Shown one piece after another: positions 48,051 to 61,274 of a stretch of 64,000 nucleotides of DNA. The notes under the pieces are model-generated. The model saw only the letters and a program-made list of their open reading frames with translations. It had not been told where the DNA came from and did not search any database. The first letter of the stretch is position 1. Every line of letters starts with the position of its first letter. Position numbers and translations under genes: made by a program. Source of the stretch: Carcharhinus longimanus. Its lineage: Eukaryota. Location: contig JASCQW010000132.1 in NCBI GenBank assembly GCA_030264375.1, positions 78,404,844 through 78,468,843 on the forward strand. The letters run 5' to 3'.

Positions 48051-49582
48051 CGACGATGTGAATTACAAGTGGCTGTTGTATTATGTTATTACAAATTGTT
48101 GCTATTGCTGACATTTACAATGTTGGATTCTGGCAATTTGTCAAAAAATAGTCTGTAGCTAATTTCTGGCAACTCTGTGAAAAATGTAATTATGTTATAG
48201 TCAAAAGGCAAAATTCCATGACCGGAGCATACATCAATAACAATATACTAGATCTGCATGAATTACTTGGAATGTACACAATTATATATATAATGCAAGT
48301 AAAAATATACAGGCTGTTTGGATTAGTGAGCAGATTCTGGGTAGATTTGATAAACTCTTATTAACTTTAAGGAATAATGTACATCTCCATCAAATATTTA
48401 AGCTCTGATTTAATAACAACACATATGACCTTTTTCTGCCATTATTGCACTTACATTAGGTTCAAAGGTACTAAATATTGATAAATGAATAAACTATATT
48501 TGACTGTCCTGACAGTTCACAAGGTGATGTGATAAGCTAGCCAGTGAAAAGAATGCAGAGGAAATCAAGCTTGGCATCGAATAATAATCAATCCCACCTG
48601 TAACAAGCTCAAATTTTTCTGCAAGTGATAAATCATATCATCACTATTCTGAGCCTTAATCCCTGAAAAGGGCGGTGGGGGGAAGTTTCATACCAAAATT
48701 TATGGCCAGTTACAAGATAAAGGATACCATCCTCAAGGCCTTTCAAGAGACCTAAATATGTTTGCAAATGTTTAGGGCCATTGGGATAATCTGATCGGTT
48801 GAAATCTTTCAAAGTTGCGTGGATTTTATTAGGAGAACATGCTTTTTCAACAGGCTAGAGTAATTATGCAGGGAAAGGAAAATTGCGAGCAATCTATCAT
48901 CAGGAGTATGTGTAATGTGATTATGAGGAACTAGCCTAAATCTTTCAACAGCTGAGAAATCTGTAAATGGAATGAAACTTCTATTAAACTTGCATTTTGC
49001 ATCACTTCCTGTGTAAGTATTGTCACTTCCTTGCAGATTTGGCAGTGGTCTCTTTGAAGATTCCAGTAAAACTATATTTGTGGCAATAAATCTCACTGAG
49101 CATTACTTTTGAAAATTAAACTTCCTGTTGATTGGAAATTCACATAATTGTTGTGCCCCACTGATTATTCTAAAAAGTACAGATTCTATAATGTAACACT
49201 TGGCTTTCTTTAGAAGCGAATTCAAGCAGCTAATTGACCCTGAGGGATTATGAACTGTTGGCAGTTAATAAGTCATAAAATTCTTGCATAAAGTAGGATA
49301 CTAGATTCTATCACCGAGACAAATAGTACAAAGACCCAGGGTATAAATATCTAAATGTAGAAAAGAGCTGGAATTTTTCAGTGACTGCTCTTCTGGAGTC
49401 TCCAGGGCATGTTTGCTATGGTTTCCTGACTAGAGAAACAAGCTTAAAAAATGAGCACATTAAGGAGTAATTTGTTTGAAGGTTCAGGAAGTTTGTGAGG
49501 GGGAGGAGGGGGAAGGCAAAAGTGACCTTTAAGCAAGAGCTGGACATTATTACATTTGTCATTTGTTTCCTTTCACCTTTAG

Positions 49583-49756
<174 letters not shown>

Positions 49757-49979
49757 TGATTATTCCTAATTAGCTCATTCTTCGCTGTTGCACTTTAAAT
49801 TGCTGCGGATTGCAAAATTGTCCACTGGGACTGACTCCCAGTACAGACCAAGTGCATGGCCCCAACCAGTGCTTGTCAAGCATCGTCTGGTTGATTTTGG
49901 TATGCTCTTTGATGTTGTTTTCAAAGCTATGTTATCCAAAAATATATATTTTTCTTTCTTGGTGCCGTCCCATTTTCAG

Positions 49980-50077
49980 GTTGGAAGCGGCCCTGGTGAA
50001 GGCTTCAATGTGAATATCGCCTGGACAGGTGGTCTCGATCCCCCTATGGGAGATGTGGAATACCTTACAGCTTTCAG
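49980..50077 (+). CDS. HDAC9: HDAC9 coding exon, 98 nt: [32 protein letters not shown](R)
   Basis: Acceptor cccattttcag|, donor ag|gtgtgt. Phase 0 to 2. Follows a 277-nt intron. [18 protein letters not shown] is HDAC9-like. Confidence 0.97.
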
Positions 50078-51126
50078 GTGTGTTCCCACCTGTAGTAATA
50101 TTTGGTTAAGTTCAAAGCAAATGTACTCTTTTAAATAGCTTCACACAGACGTCATTGGAAAAGTGTGTAAAATTTTAACTCAAAATAAATGTGTACACAT
50201 TGGATGGCTGGGGCAGAGGGCAGGATGGGGAAAGGGAAGGTTTTAACTTTCCACCCAGTAAGAATGGGGCGGTCTGGTCACATATGGGGGTTTACCCATA
50301 TTCTCTGGATTTTTAGCTCCACAGCAAACCTGTGCCATTACTAGTAGGTTCCCCGCCTGGAAATTAACCTGATTGATAGGCCAAACTTGGCTGCCAGCTT
50401 GATGGGAGCATTGGGACGAGGTTGAAGGGCCAGGTAGATTTGAGCCCTCACCCAGAGTGTGAGGTGGGCTCCAGTTCCTACATGGGGCAGGGGGAGCAGA
50501 GTGAGGGAGGCATTACAGAGGTGGGGGGAAGCAGCAAGAGGTCAATCACTTTGGTGGTTGGAGGATGGAAGCCTTCGAAGTTGGGGTGGTAGGATTGGAG
50601 GCCTCAGCAGATATGAGGTCAAGGAAAGATTGCATAACTTTGGAATAGGGTGTATAACTGTAGTAGGGGTGGCAATTCAAGGTGCATTGAATCCAACAGG
50701 TAAATGGAATGAGACTTATCTCTTTGGTCTAACAATTCTCACCTTTCTGTAGCTATTAGTTTTCAGAAGGTTTGGGAGACTGGGATGCGCGGAGTTAGGT
50801 TTGAAATAGTGGATAAATATGATAATATGAGACATGCAGCCTCATTATAAACTTCAAATTGCCAACCCTCCTCCTGGAAGTGAATGGTTGTCTTCTGCTG
50901 CCACTTCCCCCCAGCTTGTTAAAACTGCAAGTGGGTGGATTAGAAGTAGATCGGAGGTGAGATTCAGTTATTGAACATTTTAATCTCCCATGTGATACAA
51001 ATCCACCAGGTCTTTGGGGGCTAAAATTTCATTCTGGATTTCAATATTGTGGCTGTTCCCTACACCATCCCCAGCACTTGACTATCTTCCTTGTTTGTCA
51101 ATATCCAGAACTCGATTTAATGCTTA

Positions 51127-51247
51127 AAATAAAAGCAAAATTGGTCTGATGAAGGGTTATCTAGACTTGAAACATTGGCTCTATTCTCTCCCCACAGATG
51201 CTGTCAGACCTGTTGAGACTTTCCAGCATTTTCTGTTTTTGTTTCAG
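51127..51247 (+). mobile_element. Penelope-like terminal repeat with a degenerate hammerhead core
   Basis: CTGATGA-a-gggtt-atcta-gactt-GAAA-catt at 51146-51176, followed by cacagatgctgtcagacctg...ccagcattttctgttttt. Confidence 0.6.
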
Positions 51248-51619
51248 TACTCAAAATGACATGTAACCAGGGCATCGTATAGTTTGATTACTACTCTGTC
51301 TCACTAGTGTTCTTCTAATTTGTTGTGTAATTCAATATCCTATTGCCTCTGTTGATTGCGACATTGTTGTTTGAATATGACGAGTGTCTAGTCCAGTTCT
51401 CCATTAATTTTATCCATGGCTACTTCAATACATTCAGATAGTGTTTATATTGCTTGCTATATCTTTCAATATTCAACACTTTACACTCATTTATACGAAA
51501 TTTCATCTGCCTTGATGTGCTACTCCTATCTTTTGTTCAGCTCATTCGGCATTTTCGGATCTTCCCTGTCAATTCAGTTTGGTAGCATTTGTAAATTTAA
51601 TTAATTTGCATTGGGTTTC

Positions 51620-51990
51620 AGAATACAACTCATTGATGTAAATTAGAAACAGAGTTGGTTCTACTAATGAGCCCTTGGGCATCCCATTCAATACTTACCC
51701 GCCTCCCCCAGCCTCACTCCAACTTCCCACCCTGTTACTCTCTCTAGAGCCTTTACCTGTTGTTTCCTAAATGTCAGACAACTTTTTATTCAAACATACG
51801 TTTTCCTCTGAATCTCCAGAGTTTTGAGCTTAATTGGCAACCATTCATGTGGAACTTTATCAAGTGTGCTTTGGAAAATTGAATATATAATATTGTAGGA
51901 TTTACCACAGTTGACTTGGGTTGTTGCTTCATTGAAGAAATCAAAGAGGTCAGTCAGGCAGAATCCTCCCAGACAAGATGCATTGTTGAA
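51620..51990 (-). mobile_element. Decayed CR1 RT fragment
   Basis: Minus-strand CLTDLFDFFNE and FQSTLDKVPHE.L..KLK. Confidence 0.7.
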
Positions 51991-52744
51991 TGTTGTTTGT
52001 TTGGGATACAACCAAATGAAAACTAAATTGACTGTGTGGTGTCACACACAATGTGCATAATGTGTACAGGACCCACTGTGAAATTGTGCTGGTTCATAGT
52101 ACAACACTCAGCTGAACACAATATAAGTTTTTCAAGGGATTTTCTGCTAACATTCACATTTAAGCAGGTTCAGCGATGGGAGTGGAAAATATCATGAGAA
52201 GGCCAAAGTCGCATTTCACAGGAAGCGATAGTCTCCTCCCTCCATCAGTGATGGGTCACGTTTCCTGACATTCAATGTTGGAAGCCTCATTATAAGAAAT
52301 TAACATATAATTATCAAGTCCATATCCCGAATATACCCCCAAGTCCAAATGATCTATCCAAAGCTTGTGATGGCAGAATGGCGTGAAACATGTTTAATTT
52401 CAGAAGGTATGCATCTGGCGAGCAATGCTCCAGGAAAGCTCAGAGGTGAGCCCAGAGCTCAGGGGAGAATGGATAATGCCTGGAAAGTGCCAGCTTGGTA
52501 TGAGGGGAGTGCTGTGGGGCAGGCAAGGAGGGGGTGTCAGGGTGTGGGTGGGTGCAATTAGGTGAAGATTGTTTCCTGGTTTGCAGCTGTGTACTGGGGT
52601 GACCTTTAAAATTGACAGCTGGATTATCAAGTGTCTGGTTTGATGGAAAGGCCAGCAATAGTCATAGAACCCAAGGAACTCCATGTTCGTTTTCCTAAGT
52701 ACTATACTGTAGGGTGCAATTTTGTCTGCAGATACAATTTTGTC

Positions 52745-52908
52745 TTTTAAAAAGATTTAGACAGTTACATGGGTATGATGGGTATAGAGGGATATGGGCC
52801 AAATATGGGCAAGTGGGATTAGTTTAGGGATTTTAAAAAAGGGCAACATGGACAAGTTGGGCCCAAGGGTCTGTTTCCATGCTGTAAACCTCTGTGACTC
52901 CATGACTA
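52745..52908 (+). mobile_element. CR1 3' tail
   Basis: gggtatagagggatatgggcc...ccatgctgtaaacctctgtgactc; near-identical to 60836-60975. Confidence 0.8.
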
Positions 52909-53110
52909 TATGGCAGAGAAAATTGCCATTGCCATTGGCAGCTTTAGTGCTGCATTTCCTGACCTACATCGGCCTTTGCCGATATTGGAGGAAATCCCAG
53001 CCTTTGTCAAACATCATATTGTTGCTAAGCACCAATCTTCCATCGTCATAACACAAAACTATGTGTAGATGGAACAAATTAAAGGTTTGAATGCTGGTTA
53101 ATAAGGATAA

Positions 53111-53247
53111 TGGCCAGAATTTTCTGAACTCGCCTGCGGCTAGGATTTTCTGGTCCCACTGCAGTGAAGAATGTTTTACTGATCACCAAGTTCTCTGTTT
53201 CCACTGGCAGCGGTGGCAGGGGATACGGCATCAGAGAATCCTGGTCA
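53111..53247. mobile_element. Short TIR-bounded (MITE-like) element
   Basis: tggccagaattttc ... gagaatcctggtca termini; interior related to 788-880. Confidence 0.6.
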
Positions 53248-55043
53248 ATGACCAATACAAATCACTGAGAACACAGCACAGTGATATTCTATTTAAAAAT
53301 ATACCTGGCCTGTTGTGTTCTATTTAACAAAGAAACTCTTCTTGAGAGAATATGTTGCATGCAGTTTTAGGTTGAATGATTGAGTGTGATGCTATTTAAA
53401 CCATTTGAGTGTGTCATAGCCTGATCACATTCTCCTAGTCAATTTTTTTTCTCTGTTTTATCACCATTGAACTTATCATTATGTAGGAACTGTTAGGAAG
53501 TTAGAAAATGCACCATGAGATACATAAGATAAAGTAAGAAAGCCTTCTTATGGGAATTAGTCACTGGTGGTCTGATTACTCTGATACACATCCAAGCACT
53601 TGAATGACTAGTGTACTTTGATGAACTGTTATGATTAAATATTAAACAGGCAATAAATTTCAGAATGATGTGTTTTCACATGCATGCAAGGATCACCTTT
53701 TGTTTATGCCTCCATTTTCGAACCTTGCTGTAAGGGAATAATCTAAGCAACAACATTTGTGATTGAATGTTATGCATATATGTTACTTTCACAGCAGAGA
53801 GGTGGATTGTCACCAATTTGTTTTCAAGTAACTTCAGCAAAGATGGATGAAGGTTTTTTTTTCTATGCACATGAGCAGTTCAGTCATCCTGATAATTTAA
53901 GTGGTAAATATGTTAAGGTCAAAAACTGAAACATCATAGCAGATGACCCATATAACTTTGATTGTAACCACTATGTGGAGGGAATATTCCTTCACGATAA
54001 TGTCATCTTGTTTACTCTGGCTGTAAAGTGAAGCTGTAACAGTGATTTTCTTTTCAGTATAGGGTAATAATGATAAAAGCAAAGTCATTGGTGAGCAATG
54101 CAAAACCATTGACCTGGGCAGGACTGGAAGATCTTGCTGATGACCAATGGCTCGTCCCATCCTCCACAAGAATAAACTGCTAGGGGAAAGAGTGAAAAAT
54201 CCTAGCCATAATGCTAAAAATCCTGAACATGCAAATACAATGTGGGGAATTCTCTGGCCTCCCCATGGCATGTTTCTCATGGTGAGAGAAGGCAAGTTAT
54301 TCACCAGTGGAGGATGTTCTGATCCTGCCACTGTCAATAGGATTTCCCAGTGTTCCAGCAAACCAATTTCATGATGAATCTCATTTTCTTTCTGAAATCT
54401 ATCCAAGGTCCACTTCAATCAATGTAGCATATCTTTTCCAGCAATGTGACCCACAACTCTGGGATGCAAATTAAGTATGCTTTATAATATCCATACAATC
54501 CATTCTGTTAACAGATAACAATCCAGGTAGTGAAGGTGAAAATTGACACTAAAAGATTTCAATGTGCATGTTGACAGCGTTGAATAGCTCTTTGGGAACC
54601 AAAGTTACATTGTGCATTTAACGCTACAGGACAATGCTTTCACATTCAGCCAGCTTATGCTGCCAATAACTTCAGGCTGCTTTTATTAAAGTTTGACATC
54701 TAATTGGGTGTTATGTTAAGGTAGAATAAATTTTCAGGAGAAAGGGTTTGTATACTTGCTCCCATTCCAACTGAATGAATGGCTGGAACGTGCAGAGGAA
54801 ATTTTGTCCTCAGAGCCTACAAGGTGTTATGCATTCAAACTGTCATTGTTTTCAATGCAAAAGTGGTTTAGGTAATTTCAATTATCTTGAATTTACCAAA
54901 TGGCACATCAGATCCTGATTCCTTTTTTGAGCAAATTGATTCTGTAAATCTTTTGAATTTTGAGTAGTTCATTATTTGAATTGAACATAGTAGGCTTGAT
55001 TTCACCTCAGGATATAAATGAGGCATATGAGGATCAGTTCTTG

Positions 55044-55372
55044 GAATCATAGAATCTACTGCGCAGACGGAGGCCATTTGGCCCATACGTCTGTACCGAC
55101 AACAATACCGCCTAGGCCCTATCCCTGTAAGCCCACAAATTTACCCCGCTAATCCCTCTAACCTACACATCCCCAGACACTAAGTGGCAATTTAGCATGG
55201 CCAATGCACCTAACCGGCACATCTTTGGACTATGGGAGCACCCGGAGGAAATCCATGCAGACATGGGGAGAACATGCAAACTCCACACAGACAGTGGCAC
55301 AAGATGGGAATCAAACCCATATCTCTGAAGGTATGAGGCAGCTGTACTAACCATTATGCCACCATGCCATCC
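55044..55372 (-). mobile_element. Full-length HE1/V-SINE
   Basis: Tail, V-domain and head on the minus strand. Confidence 0.88.
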
Positions 55373-55709
55373 AGTTGTGAATTGGGACACCTAGGACGGC
55401 ACTGGCATAATGCCTCTGTTCTTTAAAATCTTGGGCCTGACTACCAGTTTTTGAAACTGACTCCCAACCATACCTGGCAAGAATGAAAGGAATTCCACAG
55501 GAATGAGTGCAACCACAAACACCAGAAGGCTGCTGGAGGAAATCAAAAGAAAGAGATCCCGCCACAAAGACAAATGCTGAGGTGCAGTGAAGAGGTGGGC
55601 AACAGGATCAAAGTAGGGAATCTGGGTGACAGAGGAGGTACTGGGTTTCCTTTGAATCTACAAGGAAACTTACTAAAAACAAATTAATTGGAATAAACAG
55701 GCACATAAT

Positions 55710-56180
55710 TTTATTTTATTCATTCACTGGATGTGGGTGTCTTTGACATGGCCAGAATTTATTGCCTATCCCTAATTGTTCTTGAATTGAATGTCTTGCT
55801 AGGCCTTTTCAAGGGCCTGAAGTTACATGAAGGCCAGACTGAGTACAGTATTATGGAATCCCTACAGTACAGAAGCCGGCCATTCGGCCCATCAAGACTG
55901 TACTGATTCTCCATAAGATATTTTACCCAACCACCGCAATGTGTGGCATTATTGCTAGCCGCTGTGCCACCCTGAAGGCAGACATTTGTAAGCCATATAT
56001 AGTTTTATGACAATTGATGGTAGTTTCATGGTCACATTACTGACACTAACTTGCAATTCCAGATTTATTAATTATATTTGAATGTTAGCAATTTCCATGA
56101 CGGGGTTTGAACCCATGTCCCCAGATTATTTGTTTGTGCCTTGCCATTACGAATCCAGTGATATTATCATTATGCCACTG
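55710..56180 (-). mobile_element. Second-family SINE containing a short HE1-like insert (about 55850-55972)
   Basis: Reverse complement of the 58310 tail (atttattgcctatcccta) and head (gggtttgaacccatgtcccca). Confidence 0.65.
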
Positions 56181-56269
56181 TATCCCCTTTAAGCCAATAA
56201 AGTGGGAAGTGAAATATTTTCATGTGTAGAACAAGGAGAGGTAATACAAAATAAGGGTACAAATCTAAA

Positions 56270-56620
56270 GAAGTTGCAGGAGGTTGCAAGAAGTTGCAGA
56301 GTGATCGGTGGGTATAGATGCACATATAATTGAAGTTGGCAGGGCTGCTTGAGAAAGTCATTACAAAAGCGTACATGATTCTATGTATATAAATTGAGGC
56401 ATACAGTGCAAGCAAGGAAATTATGATGTACCTATAAAACATTGGCTCGACCTCAACTGGAATATTTTGTCCAATTCAATGCACAACACTTGAGGAAGAG
56501 TATGCATGCTTTAGAGAGAGAAAGATCGATAAAAACAGTTCCAGGGATAAGGGACTTTGGTTACATGGATAGATGGGAGAACTTGGGGCTGTTCTGTTTA
56601 GAGAAGCGAATGTTATAACC
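56270..56620 (+). mobile_element. Decayed CR1 ORF2 C-terminal fragment
   Basis: YKTLARPQLEY.VQF remnant. Confidence 0.65.
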
Positions 56621-58309
56621 CTTCAGATTTCATTCCTGTTGGACAAGCAGTGTTAAATTCAGGCCTTAAAAATTATACAGCTGCACGTTGTACAATTAAT
56701 CAGGAATTCTATGTTGAGAATAAATATGAAATGCAAAATATGAACAATTTGGTCCTTCATGATTGCACTGTGTGAATAGACCATAAAAATAACTAGTTAA
56801 GGATGTTTTATAGGATAAACAATAAAATTAATGAAAATAATAAGGAAAATTATTTGGACAAGCATTATTATCATATTTAATTATCAGAGGCAGGGGGTAA
56901 GTGTTTTAATTAGCAGGTCCTCGGGACATTGAATGACTACAGGCTTTCTTAAACAACCACACAAACATACTGACTCGCTGCCTGCCAGCCTTAGGGTCAG
57001 GCCTAAGATGAAAAAGATAAGATAATTGGCTCTAATGAAATCCAGAAGTTTGGAGCTTTCTTAGGGCAGAGCGTGTGGAAGTGAGCTTAATTCAAACCAG
57101 TTCAACTCTGAGCCCACTCCTGTGACTTTGATATCGTTTGAAGTTATAAAAGTGTTTGGTGCACCATTAGCCTGCTGGGCTCAGCCTCCTTGGTTACCTT
57201 AATTACCAGACTTTACAGCCGACTTTACTGCACAGGAAAGGAGCCATTATATGTTTCATCAACATTGGCTGTTTTCAGATTTTAGGAAAAGCAAGGGTAA
57301 AGGTCACCGTGGAAAAAGGCAGGGGGATAAATGAACTGGTTGAAACCTTCTTAAAAAAAACTTTTAACAAAAATTTATTGCAATCCTATACTTTCAAGTA
57401 TTTTGTGTGCCATACAAAACAACTTCACATGACAGAGCACTTCACAAGCATTACATCGACATTATACATTGCCAGCCATACATGAACTTCACCTTCTAAC
57501 TTTAATTTTCAAATGTTTTCTCAAGTATGCACCTGATTACCTCATTAGTAAGTTTTCTTAGTTTATCTGTTCATGCTCACGAACATGGAGACAGCCCACC
57601 CTTTCCTGCTTTCCGGCAACATATGATCACTCCACTAACTTTGCCATTCTCATCCTTTCTGCTCCCAGCTGATGAATTATTACCCACTGGTATGAAATAT
57701 TTCTCCTTATAAAGTATTTGAGCTGTATGAAAGCTGTGTTGAGGCATAGTGTCTTTTTTTTGTAATTTCAACATGGAAGGAGAATCCAGCAGAATTTGTT
57801 ATCATGCAGGCCTCCCACCAGATTTTTCTCTGCAAGCTGCACCCAGCTGATGCTTAATGCCCAGGAGTTAAAAAGAAAGGCCCCCTCTTTGCTCTGTATC
57901 TATGGCCGCTTCATTGCCATTTATTGAATCTGTTTTCGGGTTGGAGTAAACTTCTGTGTGTGCTACTCCCTAATGTCCACCATAACTTTAGCATATCTGT
58001 GGTTTTCAAAGCTCTATTTTTTACACGAAGACAGTGTGAGCATTTGAGTGGAATTACGTTCCCATTAATACTTTTTCTACAGTTCTGTTATGTTTTATTG
58101 AGATGAATTTAATCCTGGCAGCAGTGGCCTTGATGGTAAGCATAAAGGTGGAGGCAATCCTGCCCCCACTGTTTCTGACAAACTGCTCATCCATCTCTTT
58201 AACTTCTCAGCCTTCAAACGTTATGAGGTGAAGCCTCCATCCTGCTTCAGGAGGGTGTCTTGTCTCATAGAGCTGCCAATCAGAGAAAAGCTGCTCTGTA
58301 GTGTCAGTG

Positions 58310-58660
58310 GGGAGCCGATGGCCAAGTGGTATTATTGCTAGACTATTAATCCAGAAACTCAGCTAATCTTCTGGGGATCTGGGTTTGAATCCTGCCATGG
58401 CAGATGGTCAATTTGAATTCAGTAAAAAAATCTGGAATTAGGAAATTACTGATGACCATGAAACCATTGTCGCAAAAACCCAGCTGGTTCACTAGTGTCC
58501 TTTAGGGAAGGAAATCTGCCATACTTATCTGGTCTGGGCTACATGTGACTCCAGATCCACAGCAATGTGGTTGATTCTCATCTGCCCTTGAGCAAGTAGG
58601 GATGGGCAATAAATGCTGGCCAGCCAGCGATGCCCATATCCCAAGAATAAATTTTTTAAA
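58310..58660 (+). mobile_element. Full-length tRNA-derived SINE, second family
   Basis: A-box-like tggccaagtgg, B-box-like gggtttgaatcc, central tgtcctttagggaaggaaatctgcc and tail gggcaataaatgctggcc...ttttaaa. Confidence 0.8.
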
Positions 58661-58892
58661 ATAAGCAGTGACACAAGCAATGGTGGCCACTGGTAAAACC
58701 TCAGGCTGAATCTCAGCTGATCAGCGATGGACCCAGACCTCTGGGGACATCGGGCAGGTCCTGGCAAAGGGGGTGACGGGTATGAGAGGGTGGGGAGGGG
58801 GAGGCGTATTAGATAGGCAAGTGGGCGAAGGTGGATATGAGGAGGGGAAACTGGCAGCAAGGACCTGGAAAGGAGGCTTGCCACCTTCACTC

Positions 58893-59150
58893 TTGATCAA
58901 TTGGGCCAGTGGGGTGACGAATGGCAGATGGAGTTTAATTTGGACAAATGCAAGGTGATGCATTTTGGTAGATTGAACCAGGACAGGACTTATTCAGTTA
59001 ATATTAGGGCACTGGGAAGAGTTGCAGAACAAAGAGATCTAGGAGTACATGTTCATAGCTCCTTGAAAGTGGAGTCACAGGTGGACAGAGTGGCGAAGAA
59101 GGCATTCGGCATGCTTGGTTTCATCGGTCAGAACACTGAATACAGAAGTT
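58893..59150 (+). mobile_element. CR1 ORF2 fragment
   Basis: WQMEFNLDKCKVMHFGR..., QRDLGVHVHSSLKV, KKAFGMLGFI. Confidence 0.88.
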
Positions 59151-60615
59151 CCAAGTCAGGATGTTGTGTGGCTAGGAAGGGAATTTACAGATGGAGGTAA
59201 TACCTTACAAAATATTTAGATTAAGGATTCTTGGCACAAAACTTTACAATAGTACAACAGTAAGTTTGGGACCCCCGATATTAGACTTTACAAAAGCAAT
59301 GTCTACCCACAAAAAACTTTATGCTTAGCCCACTTCATAGTGGGCGACAATATGAAACTACTAAAGTAGGGTACCATGGAAAATCTCTTACTTGGTGATA
59401 TAACACAAAGATTGAATGAACATTTGCATAAGTCACAAATGATACAGCTTATTCTTACAGATTCAAAGAAAAACAAATTAAAACTTTGCAAAGGACAAAG
59501 AAAACAAGATGTGGATACTGACCTGGTCACTGATGGAATATTGACACTGACAATCTTAGTATCCCTAATCCTTTGAGGGAAAGAACCACTCAAGCAAGTT
59601 CTGAATTAAAAGAAACAATGAAAGAATAGTCAATTATTGTCAAAAGAGTGGACAAACATCAAAATAAAATAAGACCATTACCAGCAAAAATTCTAATATG
59701 CAGGTATTTCTGCACTCAGCCAGCATTCAAATTATAGGGGAAAGGATGATGTAATTGACCACATCCCATGTACCAACTTGGGGAATGATAGAAATAAAAC
59801 CTCCAGCTTTATCTTAAAGCAAAACACCTTAAACATTGACTTGGAAAAGATTGAGCTGAGAATCAACAATGAAACACTGCAGCATTTATCTGTGCAAAGC
59901 TATTAATTTTGCAACTTCTGCACCATATCACATGGAGAAATTGAGGGAAAGATTATTAACCTCAATCTTAACTCCACCTACCAGGAGCAGGATGGTAGGT
60001 GAGTGGGAAGGGGGGGGCTTAAGAGGAGGAATTTTAAATTGCAGGTGGCAAGGAGACCTGTCCCAGCCCTCAGAAACCTGCTCAATAATGCAAATCATTC
60101 CCCAGTGACATAATCAGGACCTAATCAGCGATATGAACCAAAAGCCTGGCAGGCCAATGGTAATTTCCCCTCCAAGTCAAACTTGCCTGAAGTTGGGTCG
60201 AAGTCCAAACATCTTTTTAAAGTTTCCTTATGAACCGAAAGTAGAATGACTCTTCCACACCCCACAAAGTCCTGGATCACTTCACTGGTTTGGGTATGCA
60301 TCATTCTTAATGGATCCCAAACTTAGTGTATCCAAACCATGCTTAAACTTCTTATTCTAAGTGGTTCAGCAAGCACATGTCTGTTATCCTCATTGCCAGT
60401 TTTGTTGTGTATTTGGAGAATAACACTCAGGAACATTCAATAAACAAACATGCCTTCATAGTATGTTCTCTCTCATACTTGCTGAGTCTGTTTCCCCACT
60501 CTACATTATGTCTTTGCATTCATTATTGGTTCTACATTGAGCCAGAAGAGACAAATATATTTAACAGAGACTTCCCCCGATTCTCAAATGACTTCAATTT
60601 TGCTAGGCCTCTGTG

Positions 60616-60735
60616 ATCATAGAACCATACAGTGCAGAAAGAGGCCCTTCGGCCCATCAAGACCGCACCAAACACAATCTCACCCAGGCCCTACCCCCAC
60701 ATCCCTACACATTTACCCACTAATCCCTCTAACCT
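60616..60735 (-). mobile_element. HE1 SINE 3' portion running into a gap
   Basis: atcatagaaccatacagtgcagaaagaggcccttcggccc. Confidence 0.85.
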
Positions 60736-60835
60736 NNNNNNNNNNNNNNNNNNNNNNNNNNNNNNNNNNNNNNNNNNNNNNNNNNNNNNNNNNNNNNNNN
60801 NNNNNNNNNNNNNNNNNNNNNNNNNNNNNNNNNNN

Positions 60836-60975
60836 ACGATGGGTATAGAGGGATATGGGCCAATGCGGGCAATTGGAATTAGTTAAGGGGTTTAAAAAAA
60901 AAGGGTGGCATGGACAAGTTGGGCTGAAGGGCCTGTTTCCATGCTGTAAACCTCTATGACCCTATGACTATGACT
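60836..60975 (+). mobile_element. CR1 3' tail after the gap
   Basis: Same tail as 52745-52908. Confidence 0.8.
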
Positions 60976-61274
60976 CATTGACTACCATCCTCCAATGACA
61001 AAAAAGTTATTGTTGCCATGGAAAAGTGTACATTGGATTTATTATTGGAGGAGAAAAACAAGTGAAGCTTCCGCAGGTACTTCACAGGCACATTATCAAG
61101 CAAAATCTGGCACTGAATTAGATGAGGAGAGATTAGGGCAAATGACCTAAAACTTGGTCAAACAAGAAGGCTTAAAGGAAGAAAGAGAGAAAACGAGATG
61201 GGGTAAATTTAAGAGTTCAGGGGTCTCAAATAGTTCAGAACATTGCAGATGCTCCCACTGTAATCTTGATTTGG

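Noticed and set aside
48840-48863. tgc ttt ttc aac (CFFN) as a remnant of the missing GFCFFNS exon
   Set aside because: There is no preceding GF or fitting acceptor, and it continues RLE-stop; a four-codon chance match.
59260-59800. A-rich segment with ORF 59376-59576 as a possible retroviral or gag remnant
   Set aside because: No diagnostic motif could be identified, so it was left uncalled.
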